From: a virus
Lineage: Duplodnaviria > Caudoviricetes
IMG/VR virus record: IMGVR_UViG_3300003312_000001
Location: 1 to 61,588 of that record
DNA length: 61,588 nucleotides
Reading direction: 5' to 3' (one strand)
Of the stretch, positions 18,020 through 27,800 are shown piece by piece (the stretch's first letter is position 1; each line of letters starts with the position of its first letter). The translations under genes were made by a program, and so were the position numbers. The notes under the pieces were generated by a model that was not told the DNA's origin, did not search any database, and was given only the letters and a program-made list of their open reading frames with translations.

Positions 18020-18580
18020 CTAGAATCTCCAAGGCCCGCTCTCGATGCGCTTAATCTCGACGTGGGCCACGTGGGGCATACCGAAGGCGAAAGAAGCCGT
18101 GTGGCCTTCGCCCCTCGGCTCGATGTAGCGGTCGCCTGGTTGCACACACCCTGCGTCGGTCTCTGCAACGAACACGCAGAACTCATCAGTCTCCTGCAGC
18201 GTGTTCCCTTCGCGGTCCTTGACTACGATGGATGCGTGAACCTCGCCTATGGGGGTCTGGCCTGTGTTCGTCCAGTCGATGTAGACCATCGCCATCTGTC
18301 GTCCGCTCGGGTTGGTCCAGGGCTCCAGCCTCACTCGGTCCAGCCTTACCGCCGTGACGGGGTCGGGAACTGGCGCGGGTGGCGGTGGCGTCCAGCCCGG
18401 CACGACGATGTTCGGCGGCGGCGTCGGATCTGGCGGCGGGGGGGTCGCGGGCGCGGATGGGGCGGGCGAGTAGTCGGGGCCCGGATCGGGCACTGGGATG
18501 GGGATACAGCAGCAGCCCGACAGCAGCAGGGATGCTGCGGCTGCGGCGACGGCAAAGAGGAAGGACGTTCGCAGGCGCAT
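18020..18580 (-). CDS. Lipoprotein with Pro-rich linker and Ig-like domain (moron)
   Basis: Signal peptide with lipobox LLSGC. Confidence 0.75.
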   Translation of the reverse strand: MRLRTSFLFAVAAAAASLLLSGCCCIPIPVPDPGPDYSPAPSAPATPPPPDPTPPPNIVVPGWTPPPPAPVPDPVTAVRLDRVRLEPWTNPSGRQMAMVYIDWTNTGQTPIGEVHASIVVKDREGNTLQETDEFCVFVAETDAGCVQPGDRYIEPRGEGHTASFAFGMPHVAHVEIKRIESGPWRF

Positions 18581-18703
18581 CTCTGGCTCCTGGGTGGGAC
18601 AGGAGTCTGATTATGAGAGGCGCGCGCGAATCCCTCCCCTGTTCACCAACTCTGACTAGACCGGAGATCTATTAAGGGTTCGGGGCGAAGGCTGAATAGC
18701 GGG

Positions 18704-19216
18704 TCACTCGCGCCCCCAGCCCTTCTTCATCCTGCGGGCCTGGTCGGACATCACGACCCATTCGAGCGAGGTGATACCGAGAAGACGGTGGGCAAGAGGA
18801 ACGGTGTCCGGTTCGTCGGACCATCCGGCATCCTCAAGATGCTGCTCGACGGTCCGCGCTATCGTGAGCATCGCGCGGTCATCCTGCGTCGTGTCCATCG
18901 AGAGCGCCTGCATCGCGGGCGAATACTCGCGCATCAGCGCGTCCATGATCGCGCGGATTTCGCGAGCGGTGAAGCGCTCGTGGATGGCCTTCACGGACTT
19001 CTCCGTGATCATGAACCAGTCGAGCATGTGATCTTCAATGGACTGGCCGTAGGTGTCCTGAACGAACGTGACCGTCGAGATCATCTGCCGCAGGTAGCGC
19101 GACCTGGTCAGGCCGGCGACTACAGCGCGCTCGGCGATCTTGTCTGCCATCGGGCGGGGCAGGCGGATCGTGACCGAGCGCATCGCTCGACTCGTGGGGG
19201 AGATTCCATATTTCAC
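18704..19216 (-). CDS. Ribbon-helix-helix (CopG-like) protein co-transcribed with the integrase
   Basis: SVTIRLPRPMADKIAERAVVAGLTRSRYLRQMI; GTG overlaps the int stop. Confidence 0.7.
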   Translation of the reverse strand: MKYGISPTSRAMRSVTIRLPRPMADKIAERAVVAGLTRSRYLRQMISTVTFVQDTYGQSIEDHMLDWFMITEKSVKAIHERFTAREIRAIMDALMREYSPAMQALSMDTTQDDRAMLTIARTVEQHLEDAGWSDEPDTVPLAHRLLGITSLEWVVMSDQARRMKKGWGRE

Positions 19217-20247
19217 CTACGTGACCTCCAGTCCTGGCCTGGCCCGTTACGGCGCGTGCGGCGTCGATCCCGGCTCTTTTCGGGCTGCTGCGACTCCGTC
19301 TGTCCGCGAGACTCAGGGGGGCTATTCCGCATCTCCGTCCAGATCCCTTCGACGGCGCTGTTGATTCGGTGCTCGTTCGTGCCGAGGTACTGGAACGTCG
19401 TCTCCATCCGGCTGTGGCGGAGCAGCGCTTGCGCAGTGGCCACGTCGCCGCACCTGGCCACCACTTCGCCGAACCAGTGGCGCAGGCAGTGGGGGGTGAG
19501 GTTGCGATGCGAGAGACCCGCCATGGCGATCACCTCCTGCCAGATCGTCGTGAGCCCCAGGTCCGCCAGGCGGCGTTTGCTATCGACGGGGAAGAGCGCC
19601 TCGCCGGTGTAGCGATGGACAGCGCACCAGAGTTCGCGCGTCTCCAGCCACTCCGCAATGATCGCCTGCGTTTCCGGTCCGATGGGCACCATCCCGGACT
19701 GCGCGCCTTTGCCGCATCGCACGTGAATCCGCCACGGCGACATGTCCGTTCGGATGTCGGAGATGTTCAGCGCCAGCAGCTCCGCGCGCCGCAGTCCGGC
19801 CCCGATCAGGATTCCGATGATGCAGAGCGCCCGGCCCCGGAGATACCGCTTCCGGAGCGTGTGCGCCGGCATCCGCTCGGCCGCTTCGATGAGCCCCATC
19901 GCCTCCGCGCCAGTGAACCGCTGGCGGAGCGCCTTGTCCAGGCGCGGGAGTTGCACGTCGCCGATTCGCGGCAGGCCGGTCGCCGCGCCCGTGCGCTCCA
20001 GGTAGCGGAAGAAGTCGTAGATCGCCGTGAAATCACCCCTGATCGTGCGCGGCCGTCGCCCTTCGCGCTGCCGGGCGATGCGGTAGGCATACATCAGCGA
20101 CGCAGTCACCTCCCGCTCGGGCTGCTCATCGAGCCAGCGCAAGAACTGGCTGACCTTGTGCCAGTACTGATGGATCGTCCGCTTCCCAACCGGCTTCGGC
20201 TTCCGGTTGGCGAGATCACTCATCCACCCCGCGAGCGACTCCCTCAT
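19213..20247 (-). CDS. int: Tyrosine integrase
   Basis: GLRRAEL (R), GKG (K), HCLRH (HxxR), LRHS...TFQY (H, Y); GGAGG RBS before ATG 20247. Confidence 0.93.
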   Translation of the reverse strand: MRESLAGWMSDLANRKPKPVGKRTIHQYWHKVSQFLRWLDEQPEREVTASLMYAYRIARQREGRRPRTIRGDFTAIYDFFRYLERTGAATGLPRIGDVQLPRLDKALRQRFTGAEAMGLIEAAERMPAHTLRKRYLRGRALCIIGILIGAGLRRAELLALNISDIRTDMSPWRIHVRCGKGAQSGMVPIGPETQAIIAEWLETRELWCAVHRYTGEALFPVDSKRRLADLGLTTIWQEVIAMAGLSHRNLTPHCLRHWFGEVVARCGDVATAQALLRHSRMETTFQYLGTNEHRINSAVEGIWTEMRNSPPESRGQTESQQPEKSRDRRRTRRNGPGQDWRSRR

Positions 20248-20267
20248 AGCACCTCCAGCAGCGAAAC

Positions 20268-20287
20268 TATAGAACAACTGTTCTATA
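20268..20287. promoter_or_regulatory. LexA-type SOS box in a palindrome upstream of int
   Basis: TATAGAAC-AACT-GTTCTATA matches GAAC-N4-GTTC. Confidence 0.7.
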
Positions 20288-20363
20288 CCATGATGCGATG
20301 CCCGGATCGCATACGGGAGCGGGCAATCGAACGGTAGAAGGGGGGCAGAGAGTGGCAGGCTCA

Positions 20364-20414
20364 AGCGCCGCGTTCGCATCGCGGAGGTCGGGGGTTCGAA
20401 TCCCCCCAGGTCCA
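20364..20414 (+). other. attP core: 3' portion of tRNA-Ala(CGC)
   Basis: Anticodon arm CCGCG-TTCGCAT-CGCGG, T arm GGGGG-TTCGAAT-CCCCC, acceptor 3' strand CAGGTCC-A; 5' half absent; next to int. Confidence 0.85.
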
Positions 20415-20550
20415 TCGAAACTCGCCTTCGCCCCGGGTGTGGCGATGCGATGCTCCGATTTCCCCTCTGACCTTCACCACGTCAAACATACGGGCCGCTC
20501 TCACGGCCTCCAACTGAGTCACAGGTGGGCAGATCGAGCTGCGGCGCTCG

Positions 20551-20850
20551 TTAGGCCGCGAGCGCAGCTCCGCAGCTCCGTCTTACACGGGCGAGCTCCA
20601 GGTTCCGGGGTCCAGTGTAGGCGTAGTCGAACCCGGCAAGCCGAAGGTACTCGTTCGGGTCATCACCGAGGGTGATGGCCAGTATCGTAAGCTTCGGAAT
20701 GCTCGGCACTGCACCGTGCGCCGCCAGGTTCAAGACCGTCTGGGCGCTCACCCTTCCTCCGGACTTCTGCTGCACGGCCTGATAGCTCAACCCTTGGTCG
20801 TCCATTCGCTGACGGACACGTTCCCCCAGGGGCACGCACGTCATCGGCAT
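20551..20850 (-). CDS. XRE-HTH immunity repressor (CI-like, no peptidase domain)
   Basis: LGERVRQRMDDQGLSYQAV...PSIPKLTILAITLG...YLRLAG; AGGAG RBS; divergent from the Cro-like gene. Confidence 0.8.
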   Translation of the reverse strand: MPMTCVPLGERVRQRMDDQGLSYQAVQQKSGGRVSAQTVLNLAAHGAVPSIPKLTILAITLGDDPNEYLRLAGFDYAYTGPRNLELARVRRSCGAALAA

Positions 20851-20887
20851 GGTTATGCTCCTCTCTGCGGTCTGATACCGCCGCACC

Positions 20888-20969
20888 GAGCATAACAATA
20901 TTCTGGTGAGCCGACAACAACATTTTGTCAAACGGGGGCTTGACGGACCCGACCGCATAGCAATATAAT
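20888..20969. promoter_or_regulatory. Divergent promoters of the lysis/lysogeny switch
   Basis: Rightward TTGACG-N18-TATAAT (20940-20969); leftward TTGTCG-N17-TATGCT with TG extension. Confidence 0.65.
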
Positions 20970-20994
20970 TTTGGGTGTGAAGGGGGAAGCGCAG

Positions 20995-21252
20995 ATGAAC
21001 CGATTCCAGTTGAAGGACGCACGGCGAGATGCCGGTCTCTCTCAGTCCCGCGTGGCGCGGGCCGCAGGGAAGCCGCTCGTCTGGCTCTCTGAGATCGAGC
21101 GTGGAGACCGCGAGTGCTCCGAGGAGCAGATGTGCGCTCTCGTCAAGCTGATGATCGCCATCAGCGAGGCGCGCCACCAGCGGCTTCAGGAGACCTTGCG
21201 GCAGTGCGATCCGCAGCGCGAGATGCCGAGACGAGCCAGGAGGGCAGCCTAG
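20995..21252 (+). CDS. Cro-like XRE-HTH protein
   Basis: LKDARRDAGLSQSRVARAAG...LSEIERG. Confidence 0.85.
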   Translation: MNRFQLKDARRDAGLSQSRVARAAGKPLVWLSEIERGDRECSEEQMCALVKLMIAISEARHQRLQETLRQCDPQREMPRRARRAA

Positions 21253-21409
21253 CGAACATCCGCCCTGAGTAGCGCAGCGGACCGGCCTAGTAGGTGGCTG
21301 ACCGGTCCGCTGCTGCGAGGTAGCACTCGCATCTGCATGATACGCGGCGCGCCTCGATGCGCGCAAGCCACCGCCAAGCACGGCCCTCACGGGGCCGAGG
21401 AGAAACGGA

Positions 21410-22579
21410 ATGTTTAAGCGAGCAACACGCTCTGACTCGAAGGTGAAGGTGGCGCTGGCCGGACCCAGTGGGAGCGGCAAGACATACAGCGCGCTCAAGA
21501 TTGCGCGGGGGCTTGTCGGCCCCGGTGGCCGGATCGCGGTGATCGACACGGAGGCGGGCAGCGCCAGCCTCTACGCGCACCTGACCGAATTCGACGCGGG
21601 CGAGCTGACCGCGCCTTACTCGCCTGCCCGCTACCTGGAGATGATCCACGGCGCGGTTCGGGACGGCTACGACTGCGTGATCATCGACTCGATTACGCAC
21701 GAGTGGGACAGCAGCGGCGGCATCCTCGACATGAAGAACGCTTACGACCGGAGCCATCCGCAGTCGAACTCGTTCACCAACTGGTCGCAGTTCTCGGCCG
21801 TCCACACGCAGTTCATTCAGAACATCGTGCAGCTCCCGATCCACGTGATCGCGACGATCCGCACGAAGACCGAGTGGGTGATCGAAGAGAACGACCGGGG
21901 GAAGAAGACGCCTCGGAAGATCGGGACCGCCCCGGTCCAGCGTGGCGGGATCGAGTACGAGTTCACCGTCGTGTTCGACATCGACCAGGCCACGCACAAC
22001 GCGACACCGTCAAAGGACCGGACGAGCCTGTTCGATGGCAAGTCCGAGATCCTCTCCGAGCGGACCGGCGAACGGCTGGCCGAATGGCTGCGCCACGATC
22101 CGTCCGTGATCGACGCGGACTCCTACTCCACACCGGCTCCGGCGCCTGCGGAGATCAAGGCGACCCAGGCGCTTGCCGAGCCTGCGGAAGCCGACCCGGA
22201 CCGCCACCGCAAGGCGTTCTTCGCCGGGTTGACCGAGCACTTCGGCAAGGTGACGGACGCCGAGCGCCGGGCTATCGCCGGTGCGCTGGCGGGGATGGCG
22301 GAGCCGCCGGCCTCGATGTCCGATTGGGGGCCGGGCCACTACATCAGCCTCCTCAAGCGCCTCTCGTCGCACACCGACGAGTGCGAGGGGGAGTGCTCGC
22401 TCCTCGCGTCTGTGCGCGGCGCGGCGCTGGCGAATGCGACGCCGGCTGCCGCGGCAAAGGCCGAGTGCCACTCCTGCGGCAAGACGGTGAGCGCTTCCCA
22501 GGCGACCCTCACGAAGCGCCAGGGCGGCGCGGTCACCTGCACGACCTGCCAGCGGGCTGCTACGGCGATGGCTGCCTAG
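21410..22579 (+). CDS. AAA_24 / Sak4-like recombination ATPase with C-terminal Zn ribbon
   Basis: GPSGSGKT, IDTE, IIDSITHEW, EYEFTVV, KDRT; CHSC...CTTC. Confidence 0.88.
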   Translation: MFKRATRSDSKVKVALAGPSGSGKTYSALKIARGLVGPGGRIAVIDTEAGSASLYAHLTEFDAGELTAPYSPARYLEMIHGAVRDGYDCVIIDSITHEWDSSGGILDMKNAYDRSHPQSNSFTNWSQFSAVHTQFIQNIVQLPIHVIATIRTKTEWVIEENDRGKKTPRKIGTAPVQRGGIEYEFTVVFDIDQATHNATPSKDRTSLFDGKSEILSERTGERLAEWLRHDPSVIDADSYSTPAPAPAEIKATQALAEPAEADPDRHRKAFFAGLTEHFGKVTDAERRAIAGALAGMAEPPASMSDWGPGHYISLLKRLSSHTDECEGECSLLASVRGAALANATPAAAAKAECHSCGKTVSASQATLTKRQGGAVTCTTCQRAATAMAA

Positions 22580-22658
22580 CCTCGCCCTTCGGCCGGGCGT
22601 GGTGCTCTCGCGCTGCGCCCGGCTCCCCCCTCTCGTCCGACCCCGAAGGACTACTTAC

Positions 22659-23150
22659 ATGAATACCAAGTCTCCACCCCCGCTCCACGAACGCGTCAGG
22701 GACTCCGTAAGGCGAGCGATTCGCGCCGCCGGCGCTTCGGGCGACTGCGCCGATGAGGCATTCGAGCTTGCTGACGAGGTTCGGCGTCTCGTCTTGCGGC
22801 GCGCGCAGGAAGCGGTAATCTTCCGCCAGATCAAGGACGTGGGCACTGATGCCCTCAATGCCAGGCACATCGCCGGCTTTGCTGACATCGCATCGACTGA
22901 AGCCCGTTCCGCTAGTCGTTGTGCGGCTCACGCTGAGACCCTGTCCATTCGCGCGATCAAATCCTCTGACCTGGGCGAGCTGGAGTTCGCGGAGAAGCTC
23001 GCTCATTTGTGCGAGCGCTACGCGAGCTACGCCGAAGATCACGCCAGCAACGCCCGGCTCCGCTGCATCGACTGCAAGGACCACGCCAAGTCCTGCGAGA
23101 TCTTCCGCGACAAGGACACCGCACCAGCGGCAGAAGAGGCAGCCCGATGA
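22659..23150 (+). CDS. Hypothetical helical protein
   Basis: AAGGA RBS; ATGA coupling to the next gene. Confidence 0.6.
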   Translation: MNTKSPPPLHERVRDSVRRAIRAAGASGDCADEAFELADEVRRLVLRRAQEAVIFRQIKDVGTDALNARHIAGFADIASTEARSASRCAAHAETLSIRAIKSSDLGELEFAEKLAHLCERYASYAEDHASNARLRCIDCKDHAKSCEIFRDKDTAPAAEEAAR

Positions 23151-23851
23151 CGCACCAGAACGACGACTACTACCTGACGGTGGAGCGCAGCGTGGATTGG
23201 AGAGATAGCGAGTGCCTTCACAGATTGAGAGAGTGGATAGGACCGCTCAGGATCTCCATAGCGGCCGGCCGACATTCCTACGCCCAGCCTCGCGACGAGA
23301 AGCTGGCGAGCCTGGATGACTACTACCAGTGGGAAGTCGCTCTCTGCATCGAGGACCGATCTCGACGGATGGGCTGGCGCTTCGCGCTCCCTTCGGAGTT
23401 CGGGTGCCCTGAATACGACCACCTGTTCAGCGCATTCGAGGGGCTTGCACCTTACGCTCCGCAAAACGAGGTGCAGGCCATGCGCCAGGCGCTGCGGACG
23501 GCTCACGCCGAAGGGCGGTTTCCGCCGAAAGAGCCGAGGCCCTCGCGCCCCGTGGTGACAGACGCGTCGGACATGGTGCTCGTCCCGTGGCCGCTCATCC
23601 AGACCGCATGGGACGCAGTAGCTCACCTGCTGGAGAAGGGGAACGGTTACGGCCTGGATCATCCCTGCTCCCACTGCCAGGGTAAGGCCGCCGAATCAGG
23701 CGGCGGGATCGATCACGAGCCCACGTGCGCCATGGTGCTCGTGCATGTGGCGTTCAGCCATATCGCCGAGGATGTGCGAGTCACGGCTGCGGCTACGTCG
23801 CCGCAAATGGCGCACCTCTTCGGCAAGCAGACGGAAGGCGGTGCGCGATGA
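23147..23851 (+). CDS. Hypothetical protein with C-terminal CxxC...HxxxC module
   Basis: CSHC...HEPTC. Confidence 0.65.
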   Translation: MTHQNDDYYLTVERSVDWRDSECLHRLREWIGPLRISIAAGRHSYAQPRDEKLASLDDYYQWEVALCIEDRSRRMGWRFALPSEFGCPEYDHLFSAFEGLAPYAPQNEVQAMRQALRTAHAEGRFPPKEPRPSRPVVTDASDMVLVPWPLIQTAWDAVAHLLEKGNGYGLDHPCSHCQGKAAESGGGIDHEPTCAMVLVHVAFSHIAEDVRVTAAATSPQMAHLFGKQTEGGAR

Positions 23852-24093
23852 CGGAAGAGATGATCACCCTGACGCTGACCATCCCGCGCGAGGATGCAGA
23901 GTGGCTCGCCTGTGGCGGCGCGAGCTACCACGAGGGAACCTGCGACTGGTGCCAGGGGGACTACCACACCAACCCCCGCTGCCCTTACAGCATGCTCCCG
24001 CAAATCGCCGAGGAAGCGACAGGCGCATCACGCGAAGCAATGGAATGGTGGGAGCAAAAGCTGGCGAAGAGGAAGGAAGGCGGCACCCCATGA
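23848..24093 (+). CDS. Small Zn-finger-like protein
   Basis: CDWC...HTNPRC. Confidence 0.6.
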   Translation: MTEEMITLTLTIPREDAEWLACGGASYHEGTCDWCQGDYHTNPRCPYSMLPQIAEEATGASREAMEWWEQKLAKRKEGGTP

Positions 24094-24809
24094 CCCTACC
24101 GCAGCCGATCTTCACCGAGGAGCAGCTCCGTCTCCAGGGACACGACGATGACAACATCGCCCGGATACGCGAAGCCGGTCTCGTCTTCCCCGAGCCGGAG
24201 CCGGCGCACCCGCCCGCTCCCGATCCCAAGGCCGAGCCCGCGCCGGATGCACCGCCCGCGCCGCCCGTCAAGCAACCCTGGCGACCGACGACGCTCGGGC
24301 ATCTCGAATGGGTCATTGGTGAGTTGAAGGCGATCAAGGCACAGCGCGCCGAGCGGCTCGCGGCCTATCAGGCATATGACAAGCGCCTGGCCCGCGAGGA
24401 GAAGCTCTTCGAGTTCTACGTGACGCAATGCGACGACCTCGTTCGCGAGCACCTCCCCAAGGCTGCCAACGGCGTGCCCCTCAAGAAATCGCTGGTCGTG
24501 CCGACCGGGATCGTGACGCTTCGCAAAGTGCCGGCCGATATCAAGGCCGAGGATCAGCCGGGACTGCTCACCCACATCGTCAAGGAAGGCATCACCGCCC
24601 TCATCCCCTACGTCCGCGCGACCCTCACCCGGACGTTCAGCGGCAGCGAGGCGGCGAGCCTACTGAGTCGTGGCGCCCCAGACGTGACGGGCGATATCGA
24701 GTGGGGCGAGATCAAGAAGTTACTGAAGAGCGAGCGCCCACCGGTCGATCCCGACGGGCTGCCCGGCATCTACCGCCAACCCGAATCCGAGAAGATTGAG
24801 ATCAAGTAA
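24090..24809 (+). CDS. Gam-like / Gp157-like DNA end-protection protein
   Basis: Coiled coil followed by KKSLVVPTGIVTLRK; located in the recombination module. Confidence 0.6.
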   Translation: MTLPQPIFTEEQLRLQGHDDDNIARIREAGLVFPEPEPAHPPAPDPKAEPAPDAPPAPPVKQPWRPTTLGHLEWVIGELKAIKAQRAERLAAYQAYDKRLAREEKLFEFYVTQCDDLVREHLPKAANGVPLKKSLVVPTGIVTLRKVPADIKAEDQPGLLTHIVKEGITALIPYVRATLTRTFSGSEAASLLSRGAPDVTGDIEWGEIKKLLKSERPPVDPDGLPGIYRQPESEKIEIK

Positions 24810-24811
24810 AA

Positions 24812-27800
24812 GTGCTTGACACCTCCCCCCTCGACGCCGCCCTCTCCTACGCCGCGAGAGGGTGGCTGGTATTTCCGGCGCACAGCATCACCGCCAGGAA
24901 GAAATGCACTTGCGCCCGCACGGGCTGCGGTAGCCCCGGCAAACACCCAAGAACCGTAAAGGGCGTCCTGGATGCGACTACCGACGCTGCGCAGATCCGC
25001 ACCTGGTGGAAGCGCTGGCCGGAAGCGAACATCGGCCTCGCGACCGGGGCGGAGAGCGGGCTCGTCGTCGTCGATCTGGACGGCGACATCGGGCGAGAGA
25101 GCCTGCTGGCCGAAGCGAAGCTCGACCTGCCCGAGACGCCGATCTCCCTCACCGGCGGCGGAGGAGAACACCTACTTTTCCGCCATCCTGGGGCGCGCGT
25201 CAGCAACCGGCAGAATGTCTGCCCGGGCGTGGATGTGCGCGGGGACGGGGGGTACATCATCGCGCCGCCGTCGATCCACGAGACGGGGACACGCTACGAG
25301 TGGGAGTGCTCCAGCCATCCGGACGATGTGCCCGTCGCGGATCTGCCCGGCTGGATCGTGGATCGGATCTGCAACGGCGCGGCCGGCAGCGGCCAGATCA
25401 GCAGCCGCCGGCCGAAGGACGAAGGGCCACCGCTTCCCGCCGGTCCGGTCATCAACGGGTGCGGGTGGCTGCTGTCGCAGATCACCAACCAGCCGGCGCA
25501 GACGGAGGCGAGCTGGACCGGGCTGCTTACCATCGCCGGCCGGCTCGAAGACGGCGAGCGCCTGGCGCACGAGTGGAGCAAGCAGCATCCCGGCTACAAG
25601 CCTGCCGACACCGACCGAAAGCTCAAGCACGCCCGCGAGCATCTCCGCCCCGTCACCTGCAACTACGTCCGCCACAGCCTCGGCGGCGAAGGCGAGTGCG
25701 CGGACTGCCCTCATTGGGGACGCGTGAAGTCGCCCGTCGTGCTATCCCGCCTGGAGCAGCGTAAGATCGAGCGCGCGGATCTGCAGGCGCGCCAGGCGGA
25801 GCAAGAGCAGGCGAGCGAGGAGACGGACGAAAGCACGGCGACCGAGAAGGCGCCGGCCCAGGGGATGCGGATGGCCGAGGCGATCAGCATCGCCCTCGAT
25901 CTCGGGCAGCAGGCGAAGCGCGATCCGGGGCTGCTCGTCGATCAGCAGTTCCTCACGGCTCTCGCCCTGGTACGATCGTGGGACGCGGCGAACTGGCTGC
26001 GGGTCCGCGAGCTAATCCGCAGCGTCCGGGTGCCGCTCGCGGACATCACGAAGCGGTTCCCGGCGGTCCAACTCCACCCGGACGACCGGGCGACCTACAG
26101 CGCCGACGAAGGCGCGGAATCGTCGATCCCGAGCAACCTTGTCGGCGACCACCTGCCCGAGAGCCCCGCGCCGACGCTCCAGGTGCCGGGCGGGTACGCC
26201 CTGCGGTGGAACGGCGTGATCCGGGAAGCGCGCGACCAGGAAGGCGGCGCGGTAGAACAGCACCTCGCCTACGCGCCGGTTCTCATTACCGGCCGGCTAC
26301 GCGACGTGGCGAGCCACGATGAGAACTTGCTCGTCTCCTGGCGCTGGCCGAAGCAATCCTGGCAAAGCCGGATTGTGCCGCGTTCGACGCTCTTTTCTAC
26401 CCGGAGCATCGTGCAGCTTTCCGCCATCGGGTTCCCGGTAGCCGACGACAACTCACGGCCGCTCGTGGGCTACCTTCACCGCTTCGAGGCCATGAACCGG
26501 CCGAAGCTGCCTTGCGCGGCCGTCAGCTCGCATCTCGGCTGGCAGGGAAAGGACGGAGAGGCGGGATTCCTCGCCGGCCGGACGCTCATTCTCCCCGACG
26601 GCGAGATTGAGGACACGCGCCTCGTCGATAACGAGAAGCCGGAAAACTGGAGCGAGCGCACCATCCAGTTTCGCGGCCAGGACGGCGGCGACGAGCAGAT
26701 ATGCGACGGCTACCACGCCGCCGGCAGCCTGGATGAATGGTGCGAAGCGCTCGCGGAGCTGCAGAACTACCCGCGCGCCTTGCTCGCGCTCTACGCGGGG
26801 CTCGCCGCGCCGCTGCTGCAGATCCTCGGCGCGCCGAACTTCGTCATGAACTGGTCGAACCGGACGACCACGGGCAAGACCACGACGCTTCGGGTGGCGG
26901 GGAGTTGCTGGGGCTATCCGGACGAAAGGTCCCCGGCGACGAGCGTCCAGACCTGGGGCGCGTCTCAAGTCTGGGGGGAGCGAGCCTCGCAGGTCGTCCA
27001 GAGCTTGCCGCTGATCCTCGACGATACGAAGAAGGTCGCCGTCCGCGACCAGGCGCTCATCGGGCAGACCATCTACATGGTGGCGTCCGGCCGCGGAAAG
27101 GGGCGCGGCTCCATCCACGGGCTTGCGCGCACACCGACATGGCGCACGATCCTCCTGTCGAGCGGCGAGTCCCCTATCGCGAGCTACTCGCACGACGGAG
27201 GATCCCGCCTTCGTGTGCTTGAGGTGCGCGGAGTCCCGTTCGAGGACCAGTCGCGCGAGAGCGAGGCGGCGGTCAAGCGGATCAACGCGGCGGTCACGAC
27301 GCATTACGGACACGCGGGGCCGGAGTTCGTTCGCTATCTGATGCAGCACCGCGACATGTGGCCGGCATACCGCGACTACGTGAGCGAGCACGCTACGGCG
27401 CTGGGTGAGGAAGTGCCCACCCCCGAGGCGGGCCGGCTGGCGCAATATGCGGCCGTGGTCCATCTGGCCGGGGTGATCGCGCATCAGGCGCTTCCGCTGC
27501 CGTGGGACTTCGCCGACCCGCTCTTGCCGCTCTGGTATGGGATCGCGGCCCAGGTGGCGGATGCGGCGCCTGAAATCCGAGCCATGCAGCACGTGGTGAG
27601 CTGGGCATACAGCCACAGCCACTCCTTCCACGGACGTTTGCCCATCGACGGCATTTCGCGCCCCCGCCCGCCTCACGCCGTTTCGGGCCGCTGGGACGAC
27701 GGCGAGGACTGGCGGTGGATCGGATTCTACCCGAACGTCCTCCGCGAGATTCTCCGAATCGAAGGCTACGAGTATGACGCCGTCCTGTCCGGCTGGATGG

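Noticed and set aside
20341-20414. Complete tRNA-Ala gene
   Set aside because: No 5' acceptor strand or D arm; interpreted as attP
20248-20415. N-terminal extension of the integrase to 400 aa
   Set aside because: It is the antisense of the tRNA fragment and the promoter; GGAGG RBS supports ATG 20247
20364-20850. Classic integration-dependent immunity (attP inside the repressor gene)
   Set aside because: The att core lies downstream of the repressor stop, so integration would not truncate it
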